Of a DNA stretch of 64,000 bases, positions 54,985-64,000 are shown piece by piece; within the stretch, counting starts at the first letter, position 1; the number at the start of each line of letters is the position of its first letter. The position numbers were made by a program, and so were the translations under genes. The notes beneath the pieces are model-generated. The model was not told the origin of the DNA. It ran no database searches and saw only the letters and a program-made list of their open reading frames with translations. Location of the stretch: IMG/VR virus record IMGVR_UViG_3300028898_000252, positions 285,946 through 349,945 of that record, one strand, 5' to 3'. Source of the DNA: a virus (Duplodnaviria > Heunggongvirae > Uroviricota > Caudoviricetes).

Positions 54985-56828
54985 CCCATCGCGGTTTTCA
55001 AGGCAACCGCAGAAGAACCAACAGTTTCCTCGTGTGTTGAATTGGATTCAACACCAGAATCAAGAGCAACCCTAACAGGTTCAACGGTTTCCTCGAAAGA
55101 GGAAAACAAACTTCCAAACTGAGAAGTCATCCCCGATGTAAGCATCGAGAGCATTGGCGTTACCATATCAATAACATGAAGGGTTGCGTCTGTTTCCCCC
55201 TGAATTCTCATTTCCTCCGAAAGAACTTGAACAATCATAACATGTTGAGGTTTCAACATTCCATAATTGGCGGCGTACGTCGCCAATTGCGGCAACATCA
55301 AACCCGAGGCAAACTTTACCATTGCCCGACCAGCCTCCGAAGAAAAGAATTCTTCGAGGTTAGACTTCAAAGCAGTTTTTTGCTTCCCTTTCTTTCCAGA
55401 AGAAATCAATTCAATCAACAAATCTTGTATGATGTTGCTGATTTGTTGAACCGCAACACGCTTTGCGACTTCAACCGCATCGGACTTTGCAATCTCAAAA
55501 ACCTTTTCCTTCGTGCTTTTTGTCATTTTCTTTTCCTCGCTTGCTGGTGTACCTTCACTCTTGAGGCTTGCCGCGGAGGCTGTCAAGGGAGCAGCAATTT
55601 CGGTTTTGATGTTTGTTTCTGAGTTAATGTTTTTCTGGTTTCTTCTTTCAATTTCTTTCTTGAAATCTTCTTCGAAATAATATTTTCCTTCAATATACCA
55701 TTCTTTATCTCCATTTGAATATTCAACTGCTGGACCATCTATTCTATGCCGCTTGTCTTCAACCCACCATTCTTTTTTTTCATTTACCCATTCAATTGCA
55801 GGTCCATCTAATCTATGACGGTTTCCTTCTTTAAACCATTCTTTTAATCCGTCTGGATATTCAATTGCTGGACCATCTTCTCTATGACGGTTTCCTTCTT
55901 TAAACCATGCTTTATATCCGTTTGCATACTCAATAGCAGGACCATCCAGTCTATGATAGATTCCTTCTTTACTCCAATATTTATTTCCTGATTCGTATTC
56001 CGCAAGACCAGTAAAGTTTTTAGGAATATTTTCATATGACTTCAGTTTGATTGTTTTCATCATATTTTCTCCTTGTGGTTTGGGCTGTTTTGATTGATTT
56101 CTTTTTTCAACCTCTTTTTTGAAATTTTCTTCGGAATAATATTTTCCATTAAGCCACCATGCTTTATTTCCATTTGGATATTCAGCCGCAGGACCATCAA
56201 TTCGGTGCCGTTCATTTTCTACATACCATTCTTTTGATCCATCTGCCCATTCAACCGCGGGGCCATCTTCTCGATGTTGTTTTCCATCTTTGTACCATAG
56301 TTTAGTTCCATCTTCCCATTCAATAATTCCTGTATAGTTTTCTTCTGGTAGCGGGAGTCCCTCTCTTTGCTTTATGACCTTCATGGTGTTCTCCATTTGG
56401 TTGGATGAAGTTTGATTTCTTTTTTCAATTTCTTTCTTAAAATCTTCTTCGGAATATCCTTTATTATCTAAAAACCATAATTTTTCTCCATCTTCACATT
56501 CAATAGCTGGGCCATCTTCTCGGTGAAGATTTCCATTAATCCACCATTCTTTTGTTCCATCTGCCCATTCAATAGCAGGTCCATCTATTCGGTGGCGTTT
56601 TCCTTCGGTATACCAATGTTTGGTTCCATTCCAATATTCAACCGCTGGTCCATCATTCCGATGAAGCGATCCATTTTTTCGCCATTCTTTAGTTCCTGAT
56701 TCAAATTCAATAATTCCTGTAAACCTCGGTGGAATTAATTCCAGTGGTTTAAGTTTCAAGGTTTCCATTTCTTTGGTCAACCTCGTTGGCATTTCAGCTG
56801 GCTCGAATGTGTCGGTTTTGTATTCCAT
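54981..56828 (-). CDS. Three-block HRxDGPA-repeat protein with helical C-terminal domain
   Basis: Three lead-repeat-cap blocks (3+2+4 repeats); IAKSDAVEVAKRVAV tail; start 56828 or 56768. Confidence 0.88.
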   Translation of the reverse strand: MEYKTDTFEPAEMPTRLTKEMETLKLKPLELIPPRFTGIIEFESGTKEWRKNGSLHRNDGPAVEYWNGTKHWYTEGKRHRIDGPAIEWADGTKEWWINGNLHREDGPAIECEDGEKLWFLDNKGYSEEDFKKEIEKRNQTSSNQMENTMKVIKQREGLPLPEENYTGIIEWEDGTKLWYKDGKQHREDGPAVEWADGSKEWYVENERHRIDGPAAEYPNGNKAWWLNGKYYSEENFKKEVEKRNQSKQPKPQGENMMKTIKLKSYENIPKNFTGLAEYESGNKYWSKEGIYHRLDGPAIEYANGYKAWFKEGNRHREDGPAIEYPDGLKEWFKEGNRHRLDGPAIEWVNEKKEWWVEDKRHRIDGPAVEYSNGDKEWYIEGKYYFEEDFKKEIERRNQKNINSETNIKTEIAAPLTASAASLKSEGTPASEEKKMTKSTKEKVFEIAKSDAVEVAKRVAVQQISNIIQDLLIELISSGKKGKQKTALKSNLEEFFSSEAGRAMVKFASGLMLPQLATYAANYGMLKPQHVMIVQVLSEEMRIQGETDATLHVIDMVTPMLSMLTSGMTSQFGSLFSSFEETVEPVRVALDSGVESNSTHEETVGSSAVALKTAMG

Positions 56829-56894
56829 AGCTTCAACGAAAGCCCTTCTTTTTATTGGTTGAACAGAGAAAAGTTTCACCACGTTCTCCGTTTT

Positions 56895-57059
56895 TCAATT
56901 TCCTGGTTTTGCCACCTGAATTCCATTATCCTTAATATAATCTTCTGCGCACTTCTTTGAAGTGAACGAAGAAATCCTGTAAGATTCGCCGACTAGTGGC
57001 TGAATCTCAATATAAAACCACCGATCCCCTTCGACGATTTTGAATTGCTTGACTTGCAT
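56895..57059 (-). CDS. 54-aa hypothetical protein (not in ORF track)
   Basis: MQVKQFKIVEGDRWFYIE...; GGAG RBS. Confidence 0.6.
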   Translation of the reverse strand: MQVKQFKIVEGDRWFYIEIQPLVGESYRISSFTSKKCAEDYIKDNGIQVAKPGN

Positions 57060-57105
57060 TTATGGACTCCGTTGTTATTGGGAAAAGACAACGAGCTACC
57101 ATGCC

Positions 57106-57133
57106 TCTATAAGCACGCACGGCACCCTGTCAA
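57106..57133 (-). promoter_or_regulatory. sigma70-like promoter
   Basis: TTGACA-N16-TATAGA. Confidence 0.6.
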
Positions 57134-57163
57134 GAGCACCCAAAACAGGCTGTTCTTAAATGT

Positions 57164-57562
57164 TTATTCTTCGGATGGAATTGTCATTCCTGGAAAGAAA
57201 GGAATTTCTTCAATTCCTTTTTTTGTTAAAAACTTATACCACACAAGTCCATATTTTCCTATTTCCCTGTTTAAGAAAATATTATATTTAAAATAACTAA
57301 GTAGAGAGTACATATGATACTCTTCTCCTTCAATAGACCATATTTTTGATTTATCAAAATATTCAATAGCTGGGCCGTTTTCTCGGTGAAGCAAACCTTC
57401 TATATACCAATATTTTGTTCCGTTTGAGAATTCAACAGCAGGTCCATCTTCTCGATGAAGGTTGCCATTTTTATACCATTCTTTGATTCCATTTCCCCAT
57501 TTAACAATTCCTGTATAGTTGTCGGGAATGTATTCATTAAGTTTTAGTTTTAAGACTTGCAT
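57164..57562 (-). CDS. HRxDGPA-repeat protein (2 repeats) with cap
   Basis: PDNYTGIVK; FLNREIGKYGLVWYKFLT. Confidence 0.85.
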   Translation of the reverse strand: MQVLKLKLNEYIPDNYTGIVKWGNGIKEWYKNGNLHREDGPAVEFSNGTKYWYIEGLLHRENGPAIEYFDKSKIWSIEGEEYHMYSLLSYFKYNIFLNREIGKYGLVWYKFLTKKGIEEIPFFPGMTIPSEE

Positions 57563-58035
57563 TTACTGTTTAACACCTCTATTGCTTTATCAACATCTAC
57601 TTGTCTTATACCACAAAGAGGATTTGTTTTAACAAGTTTATCTGTTAAGTGCCCCATGTCGGTTGAATCATCTAAAATCACAAATCCATCAACTTCAAAC
57701 TTTATGGAATTGTTATCTAGCCACTCTTGAATTTGCATGCCCCTTTGGCAGTGTCGGTATTTCTTTGCTTTAAAATGAGTTTGAGGAGTTGAGTCGATAA
57801 CCTCTCCAATACACCCCATGTCTTTAAGAATTTCAATCAGAATATCATAATAAAGAATCCTCCAGGTTGAAGAAACAACTATTTTTGCATTTGTTGCCTC
57901 GATAATTTTATTAAGTAAAGGAATCGAAGCAGGATCAATTTGATCCCTTTGTCTTTGAGTCCATTTACCTGAATCATAGTGATAAGAATCAGAATTTAAT
58001 ACTCCATCAACATCAAGAAAGATTATGTTTGTCAT
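57550..58035 (-). CDS. HAD phosphatase, Swiss-Army-knife RNA-repair type
   Basis: IIFLDVDGVLN, IVVSSTWR, RGMQIQEWL, FVILDD. Confidence 0.88.
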   Translation of the reverse strand: MTNIIFLDVDGVLNSDSYHYDSGKWTQRQRDQIDPASIPLLNKIIEATNAKIVVSSTWRILYYDILIEILKDMGCIGEVIDSTPQTHFKAKKYRHCQRGMQIQEWLDNNSIKFEVDGFVILDDSTDMGHLTDKLVKTNPLCGIRQVDVDKAIEVLNSKCKS

Positions 58036-58532
58036 GGATTACTTCCGTAGATTTGTCTATATCCTTCGTAAATTTTCTCAACAACAGTCCTTTGTCGAAG
58101 ACAAGCATTTGGAAGCAAACACCCAGTATCATCTTCTTCCCAGAAATTAACACCTGAACTAAAGAATTCAAACTCTTCAGTTTTTGGTTGAAACCTTCTG
58201 TAAGCTTTTTCAACAACCTCTCTTGCTTCCGAGAGAGAAAGAACAGAATCCTCTTCTTTCATTCCCCATCTTCCATCAAGCAAAACAATTTCCATTGCTT
58301 TTTTAAAAATTTCTTCTGTTACTTCTGCCGCTAAGGCAAGTTGATAGTTTGCATCGTCAAATTCTGACTGTATAGTTTCATCATCTACATTTTTAACAAA
58401 CTCATCAAAACTTACCTCGGCGAGATATTTCTTATTCACTTTGTTTCTCTCCTGTGAGAATTGAAAAACGGAATCCGCTAGAGCTAGCATAAGGTCGCAA
58501 GCTAGCCAGTCAACCCCTTGCAGGCTATTCAC
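58032..58532 (-). CDS. Hypothetical acidic protein
   Basis: 166 aa; start uncertain. Confidence 0.65.
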   Translation of the reverse strand: MNSLQGVDWLACDLMLALADSVFQFSQERNKVNKKYLAEVSFDEFVKNVDDETIQSEFDDANYQLALAAEVTEEIFKKAMEIVLLDGRWGMKEEDSVLSLSEAREVVEKAYRRFQPKTEEFEFFSSGVNFWEEDDTGCLLPNACLRQRTVVEKIYEGYRQIYGSNP

Positions 58533-58594
58533 AATTAATTCTAGATTGTTGCCGCGCTAGCTGCGGCGAGTCCTCTATCCGTCCCCATAGAGGC

Positions 58595-59167
58595 TTATTT
58601 TTCTTTTTTGGCTAAACTATATGCTCTTGCTAAAATTTGATCGGCTGGAAGCTTGTCTCCTCCGATTTGTTGAGCAAGGTCTTTTAACACAACCGCAGCA
58701 TCGCCTTTTTGTTTTACTGCCCCAATTATTTGTTCTAAACCAGGAACTTTATCCATTTTTGTTTGAAGTTTTTTCCCCGCTGAACCTTGTACTTGTGAAG
58801 TTTGTTGGCTAAAGTTTTCGGAAATAGCTTTTGCCGCAGAGGTTGGTTGAGCATCAGGAAGTTTGCTAAACATTGAATCTGTGCGTTGTTTGCCAGCATC
58901 GGATTTTAATTTAACGTCTTTTTGTAAAAGAGCAAGATATTCTCTTTTCTCTTGATCAGACAAAGATCCAGCTTTCTTTTTATTTTTCAATTCTTCAAAT
59001 CTTTTTCTTTCTGGTGGGATAAGTGTTGGAACAACTTCATCTAAATCCAAACCAATTTGTCCCGAACCTTCTGATTCGTCAGAAAGCTCTTCAATTCCTT
59101 CATTAAGGGCCATAAGCATGAGTTGTTTAAACTCTTTTAAATTCATTCTATAAATTTTTTTGGGCAT
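58595..59167 (-). CDS. Late-type protein with MNLKEFKQLMLMALNE leader
   Basis: TATTTA upstream; leader ends in L-x-E. Confidence 0.7.
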   Translation of the reverse strand: MPKKIYRMNLKEFKQLMLMALNEGIEELSDESEGSGQIGLDLDEVVPTLIPPERKRFEELKNKKKAGSLSDQEKREYLALLQKDVKLKSDAGKQRTDSMFSKLPDAQPTSAAKAISENFSQQTSQVQGSAGKKLQTKMDKVPGLEQIIGAVKQKGDAAVVLKDLAQQIGGDKLPADQILARAYSLAKKEK

Positions 59168-59180
59168 TTACTTTACCTTC

Positions 59181-59639
59181 TCAACTAAATATAAGTTTTT
59201 TGGCGGACTTTGAAGTAACCTTTACAATTTCTTTTATTTGATTTAAATTTTGTTTAATTGTTTGATTTGGATGCCAGTTTTCATTAATATATTTTGTTGC
59301 CCTTCCATCTTTTAAGTCTTCAAGATAATCTTCACAAGGCAATTTAGGAATATAAACTCTGTGTTTGATTCCAAACTGTGTAGCAGTAATATCAATAATG
59401 GATTGGTCATATTCGACCCAACAATGAAAGCTTTTCGAGTTCGAAACTGAATCATAATAAAATCCAGTAACAAAACTAGAATCTAGTTTAAGAGCTTTAA
59501 AAGTTTTGTTTAAGGAATAACTCGCTATAGCACAATAACATTCAAGAGTTACTGGATTGCCTATTGAGTTATTCTTTAGGGCAAACTTTTCTATTTCGGT
59601 CCTCACCAAGAGGGATGTTTCAATAATTTTGCCGTCCAA
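59181..59639 (-). CDS. Transglutaminase-like (Cys-His-Asp) protein
   Basis: YCAIAS..FHCWVE..IIDITATQF. Confidence 0.65.
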   Translation of the reverse strand: MDGKIIETSLLVRTEIEKFALKNNSIGNPVTLECYCAIASYSLNKTFKALKLDSSFVTGFYYDSVSNSKSFHCWVEYDQSIIDITATQFGIKHRVYIPKLPCEDYLEDLKDGRATKYINENWHPNQTIKQNLNQIKEIVKVTSKSAKKLIFS

Positions 59640-60441
59640 AAGCTTTATGCCTCCTATTTCTTTCTTGAGCTTTTTTATATGTTTCTATTAGAGAATCTAT
59701 TGATTTAAACTCTGCGTGAAATTTTTCAGCAATATACCACGCAGGGCGAATAAATGCAATTTTTCCATTTCTGTTTATGCAACAATCTCTTTGAGAAAAA
59801 GAGGGAGGAAACAAAACCTTTTCTTTATAAAAGGTTCTATTCGTATCTACTATTCCAAAATGAAGTGAGCCATCTATAATCGCAACAAAATCAATGTCAG
59901 GATTTTCTTCAAAGAAGATACTTGTAGAGTTTATGAGGCACTCCAAATAAAATTTATATTTTGTTAAATCCATCTCATAAACTTTATCCAAGTGAGATTC
60001 AAGGTCTGATAAAACATGTTCTTGATTAAGAGAATCGGTTATTATTTCAATTTTTGTTTTTTGCTTGTCAACAGGTATTTTTCCTGTTTTAGTAAATGTG
60101 TATTCTAAGTTTTCGGAAAGATTTTTAATCTTGCAAACAAGGTCTTCATAATAGTTTTCGCCGCTATTTTTTTTATTGTAGTCTTTAGCTATTATTCTTT
60201 TAATAAAAGAGTTAATTTGAGATTGGATTATTAACGCTTTAGTTTTTTCCGATGTTGGAGTTTTTTCTATATTTTTATAATAAGGAAATCTACTTGACCT
60301 ATCAAGGTCTTTTCCTTCTTGTTTAAGAGATTTTGCAAAGAGAGTAACTTCAAATTCACCTCCTTTATCAAAAAAGGCTATTTGATTAGCAATTTCAGTT
60401 GTGAAAAATTCTAGTTTTGGTGGGTTTGCCGCCGAAATCAT
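59620..60441 (-). CDS. Hypothetical protein (paralogue of 61517)
   Basis: PDIDFV..RNGKIAF..LIET. Confidence 0.75.
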   Translation of the reverse strand: MISAANPPKLEFFTTEIANQIAFFDKGGEFEVTLFAKSLKQEGKDLDRSSRFPYYKNIEKTPTSEKTKALIIQSQINSFIKRIIAKDYNKKNSGENYYEDLVCKIKNLSENLEYTFTKTGKIPVDKQKTKIEIITDSLNQEHVLSDLESHLDKVYEMDLTKYKFYLECLINSTSIFFEENPDIDFVAIIDGSLHFGIVDTNRTFYKEKVLFPPSFSQRDCCINRNGKIAFIRPAWYIAEKFHAEFKSIDSLIETYKKAQERNRRHKAFGRQNY

Positions 60442-60451
60442 TTATAGTTTA

Positions 60452-60622
60452 TTATCCAATTTTTTCGAGGATTTTAAGAGCAACGAAAACAACCGCGGCA
60501 ATAATAGCAAAAACAATTAAAAGGTTAACAAGCAAAGTCAAAAGATAAATTTTTCCAAAAGATCGCTGTGATGATTCAAACGAGTTTCTCATATCATTTC
60601 TATTTTTTTCGAAGTTGAACAT
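60452..60622 (-). CDS. 56-aa single-TM peptide (not in ORF track)
   Basis: MFNFEKNR...LLVNLLIVFAIIAAVVFVALK. Confidence 0.6.
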   Translation of the reverse strand: MFNFEKNRNDMRNSFESSQRSFGKIYLLTLLVNLLIVFAIIAAVVFVALKILEKIG

Positions 60623-60623
60623 T

Positions 60624-60993
60624 TTATTTTCCTTTTTGTTTAGCTTCTCTTGTTTCTTGTTCTTGAACTATTTTCTGTTTGAAGTTTTCAATCTCCAAAA
60701 GTTTGGAGGTCTTTCGGTAATCGGGTAAATCTGAAACATCAATTTCGGCATCCATGTCTTCTCTGATAATTTCTTCTAATCCTAAATATTTTATTTCCGT
60801 GTACAACAAACCTAAGACCTTTAACATCATAATATGGTTCTTTTGAAGGATCTCTTAACAAAACTTGTAAAGTTCCATCCCAATAAGCGGGATTAAGAGA
60901 AACGGAAAAGATATCATGGTTATCAATACAAACATGAATCTCTCCAGTTGGGTCAAGTTTCTGAAGTTTTTCGATTAGGTCTTTTGTTTTCAT
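60624..60993 (-). pseudogene. Apparently frameshifted gene (60739..60993 + 60624..60830)
   Basis: Two overlapping frames switch around GGAAATAAAATATTTAGG (about 60781-60798). Confidence 0.5.
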
Positions 60994-61019
60994 TTTGTTT
61001 TCTTTCTAAGAAAATTAAA

Positions 61020-61523
61020 CTATATGAATCCTCTGTAAGAACCATAATCTTCATATCCATACTCTTCGTGGTATTCTGTAAGAGAATCATCTCTCGTATA
61101 TTGTTCCATACCAAGAAGTTTCAAAACAAGATGATTTGGAGCAATCATTCTTTTTGCCTCAAGTTCTGTGTACCTAGCTGGAATTCCAAACTTAAGTTCC
61201 GCAAACTTTCCAATCGCAGACGAACGAGAAATCCCCGCCATACAATTCACAACAAGGATAAACTCTTGAGAGTTGTTTATATGATGATTAAAAATAAAGT
61301 TCTTTACTTTTCTTGCAAGATTTTTTGTAAATGCTTTCCGACTTGTTTTGTCTGTGATATCATCAAAAAACAAAGGCAAAGTATGTTTGTTACCACCAGA
61401 AACAAGTCGTTTCTTTTGATCGTTTGCAATGGTAATCCAAGCAACTTTTTCCCCAAGCTTTTTTAACTGAGGAACTATTACCTTTGCAGTTTCTCGATCT
61501 GTCACAATGATTTGCTTTACCAT
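61020..61523 (-). CDS. Protein-tyrosine/dual-specificity phosphatase-like protein
   Basis: CX5R loop VNCMAGISRS, upstream FDD, downstream PN. Confidence 0.85.
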   Translation of the reverse strand: MVKQIIVTDRETAKVIVPQLKKLGEKVAWITIANDQKKRLVSGGNKHTLPLFFDDITDKTSRKAFTKNLARKVKNFIFNHHINNSQEFILVVNCMAGISRSSAIGKFAELKFGIPARYTELEAKRMIAPNHLVLKLLGMEQYTRDDSLTEYHEEYGYEDYGSYRGFI

Positions 61524-62389
61524 TTAGGCTCCTCATTCCTAATTTGAAAATATGCCTTTTCAGCCGAAATAATTGTTTCAATTAGAACTTTTCTCGTCGA
61601 CAAACATTTTGTTTCAATATATTTGTTGTAGTTTTGAGAAAGTTGAAAAACTATATCGTCTGTTTTACCATAAGCCATTTTTCCATTTCGAAACCAAAAC
61701 AAATTATACGACAGTGCAAGAAAAGACATAAAGGTCTCATTGGCAATTCCATTAGCAATTTTATAGCCTTCTTTTTTTAGTTTTGCTGCCCCATTGGGAA
61801 ATTCATATTCAATGGAATAGAGATATACAGTGTCGAGGAATCTAGAAAAAACAACAAAATCAATTTCAGGAGAATCGTCAAGCAATTTTTTTGTGAGATT
61901 TTCCAAGTGAACAATATACATTTCAAACATAGCAGATTGAAAATTGCTTATTTCCTCTGTAATAAACTTAACAGTATCAGAAGAAACAATTTCTTTTTCG
62001 TTTGAAACAAGTTTTGCTTCGGCGAGCATCGGATGTTTACACACAATTAATTTATCAAGCTGCCCAGGAACCTCGACTCTAATATATAGAGTTTCGTTGT
62101 AATCATTTTTTGTGTCGTTTGATGTTTTAAGTTTTGAGAAACATTCAGCAATAAGATTGCTAATTTGTTTAATCAGAAATGGTTTAATGTTTTTAATTGC
62201 GTTTTCGTGTAAATTGCCCCGATTGATCACTTTTGATTTTCTGTAAATAAACTTTGATCCATCAAAGTAGTTAGAAAGAACACCAAATTCAATAGATTCA
62301 AAACTATCTCCATCTGGAAGATTTAGGAATTTATCAAGTTCTTCGGCGGAAGGGACAACACCAGGATTCGGAGTATAGTTTTCTTGCAT
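61517..62389 (-). CDS. Hypothetical protein (paralogue of 59620)
   Basis: PEIDFV..RNGKMAY..LIET. Confidence 0.75.
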   Translation of the reverse strand: MQENYTPNPGVVPSAEELDKFLNLPDGDSFESIEFGVLSNYFDGSKFIYRKSKVINRGNLHENAIKNIKPFLIKQISNLIAECFSKLKTSNDTKNDYNETLYIRVEVPGQLDKLIVCKHPMLAEAKLVSNEKEIVSSDTVKFITEEISNFQSAMFEMYIVHLENLTKKLLDDSPEIDFVVFSRFLDTVYLYSIEYEFPNGAAKLKKEGYKIANGIANETFMSFLALSYNLFWFRNGKMAYGKTDDIVFQLSQNYNKYIETKCLSTRKVLIETIISAEKAYFQIRNEEPKW

Positions 62390-62407
62390 TTAAGCGTATT
62401 CCTTTCG

Positions 62408-62761
62408 TCAGAGAACCATGACGCCGTATTCATCTTTACCAATTGAGTAATAAACCTTTTCGACCCCTTTTCTTTTCATGCAGCGCATACAACCGCCACA
62501 AGGTTTCGAAGGCATCCAAATACCTTTGTCTCCAATCCTGACAACAGCAACAATTGCCCCAACATCAATTTTGCGACAAATTCTTGCTTCTGCGTGAACT
62601 TTCCATGTTGGAGCCTGTGCCTTTTCGTTGTATGAGGTAACAAATTTACCATCGGCTCTTAGAGCTGCGGCTCCGTGTTTGAAATTAAGTTCTCTTGTTT
62701 GCGCGCGCCAAACAGCAATGCCTGTTGCCATATCGAGCAGTCTTTCGCCGTTGCATCGCAT
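62408..62761 (-). CDS. Zn-dependent cytidine/dCMP deaminase-fold protein
   Basis: KHGA, HAE, SKPCGGC, VYYS. Confidence 0.88.
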   Translation of the reverse strand: MRCNGERLLDMATGIAVWRAQTRELNFKHGAAALRADGKFVTSYNEKAQAPTWKVHAEARICRKIDVGAIVAVVRIGDKGIWMPSKPCGGCMRCMKRKGVEKVYYSIGKDEYGVMVL

Positions 62762-62777
62762 GAATTACCTCTCTCCC

Positions 62778-62805
62778 TCAATAACCACAACCGAGAGACT
62801 GTCAA
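62778..62805 (-). promoter_or_regulatory. sigma70-like promoter
   Basis: TTGACA-N16-TATTGA. Confidence 0.5.
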
Positions 62806-62827
62806 GAGGCAGTAAAACCGCAAAGTT

Positions 62828-63958
62828 CTATTCTTTTCCTAGAAGAAGTTTTTCTTTTTCCTGGGTTGCCTCGATTGAAACACCCAGAGTTTCCGAGATT
62901 GGAGATTCCAGCACCAACGGATTTGCTCTTATACCTGTTGATTCAGTCTTTTGATTATCTAAAAACTGAAATGAAACGAAACTATCAGTGTTTATATTTT
63001 CAATAACAAGATCAATAAATCCATCTGTTAAATCAACTTTTGATTGTATGTCAAACTCTTCTACAATAGATTGATAAACATCTTGATATTTTTCAGGTAG
63101 TTGCGGTTTGAGAAGTGGCAACAACTGAGATGTTAATACCTTGATAATACTTATTCCAATATCTGTTTTGAAGAAGTCTTTTATCTTTTGATGTTCTGTC
63201 TTTTTAAGGTTGCCAAAAATGTGTTGAACAACAAGCGCGGCAACAATGTTTGCTATTCTTTTAACAGCAACACGTTTGGCAATCTCTTTTGCTTTGGCCG
63301 AAACATCTGGAAATATTTGTTGTTGTGGCGGTGGATTATCTATTTCCTTTCGTGCTGTAATATACAGCTCTTTATGACTTATATTAAATTCAGGAATTAA
63401 TTCTCCTATTTCTTTAAGAAATTCTTCTTCGTTTAAGTTATGATCTTTAACAAGACACTTGAATTCAAATGTTTCAGATAGATTTTTTTTAAGGTCTCCA
63501 AAATGGACATGCGACATGTTTTGTTTTGGAAAACTAAAATAATAAAGAAAGCTATTATTAGTAGTTTGTGTTTTCGTAATATTAAATTCATCTTTATAAG
63601 AAAAGACCTTTGTCGTTAAAGCTGCTTCTTTTTTAAGAAAACTTTCTAAGTCCATTTTTAGATTAGGCCCAGAACGAAATTCTTCGTTGCCAATTTTCAA
63701 TCTAAAGTCTTTCGTTTTTGTGTCAAACAAGCATTGAAGAATCTCTCCTGTTTCTTTTTGTTTGAGTCTCGCTAAACAATTTCCACCACAAAAATATTCT
63801 GGTGGATTAATTTGCTCATATCCGTGTCTCTTTATTATTTTGATTTCTTTATCAAAAAGAGCAGAAGCAAGTGTTTCGGTTTGGTTTCGCAAATTTATAT
63901 GATCCAAATATGAAATTTTTTTACTAAAGGTATGGTCTTCGTAGTATGTTTGAGACAA
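62828..63958 (-). CDS. Hypothetical protein with the AKRVAV helical C-terminal domain
   Basis: AKEIAKRVAVKRI..FFKTDIG..IVEEFDIQ, similar to the tails of 31573 and 54981. Confidence 0.8.
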   Translation of the reverse strand: MSQTYYEDHTFSKKISYLDHINLRNQTETLASALFDKEIKIIKRHGYEQINPPEYFCGGNCLARLKQKETGEILQCLFDTKTKDFRLKIGNEEFRSGPNLKMDLESFLKKEAALTTKVFSYKDEFNITKTQTTNNSFLYYFSFPKQNMSHVHFGDLKKNLSETFEFKCLVKDHNLNEEEFLKEIGELIPEFNISHKELYITARKEIDNPPPQQQIFPDVSAKAKEIAKRVAVKRIANIVAALVVQHIFGNLKKTEHQKIKDFFKTDIGISIIKVLTSQLLPLLKPQLPEKYQDVYQSIVEEFDIQSKVDLTDGFIDLVIENINTDSFVSFQFLDNQKTESTGIRANPLVLESPISETLGVSIEATQEKEKLLLGKE

Positions 63959-64000
63959 TAATTTTCCTGTTAAGTCAAAATCATAAATTTTGTTGTCTTG

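Noticed and set aside
32030-57500. Diversity-generating retroelement acting on HRxDGPA repeats
   Set aside because: No reverse transcriptase in the window, all copies lie in ORFs, and I saw no adenine-specific template/variable pair
1-64000. Alternative genetic code (stop-codon recoding)
   Set aside because: Known enzymes are full length and coding density is high in code 11; no suppressor tRNA seen

Overview
Segment of a large (jumbo/huge) dsDNA phage genome in the standard genetic code. No capsid, terminase or polymerase gene is in the window, so the phage call rests on gene density, tRNAs, tRNA-repair enzymes and virion-like ORFs. There are three blocks. (1) 1-16.8 kb is AT-rich and late/virion-like: fibre-like proteins, a patatin, and about 10 proteins sharing an N-terminal LKxFIFE-like peptide (T4 capsid-targeting-like), two of them ART-like, mostly preceded by TAnTTA. 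(2) About 17.1-29.4 kb is a sharply bounded GC-richer island of short minus-strand units. Nearly every unit is headed by the same tripartite element TGGCAY-N5-NTG(C/A)-AAGGWAAATAA-N13-GTGNTA: a sigma54-type -24/-12 (GG-N10-GC) box with a second box exactly 24 nt downstream. I count 26 full copies, one of them outside the island at 31.4 kb. The island carries small ORFs, four tRNAs for AT-rich codons (Arg-UCU, Leu-CAA, Lys-UUU, Ile-UAU), two circularly permuted YrlA/Y-RNA-like tRNA mimics and three D-armless tRNA-like RNAs. (3) 29.5-64 kb is an AT-rich, all-minus-strand block with sigma70-like promoters, MnmA, a Thg1-like protein, an Rnl5-type RNA ligase, a HAD phosphatase, a deaminase, a PTP-like protein and expanded paralogue families, notably HRxDGPA-repeat proteins. 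The best candidate for a new system is the sigma54-box cassette array expressing tRNAs and tRNA mimics, apparently adapting an AT-rich phage to a GC-rich, sigma54-using host. All calls were made by eye without database searches.
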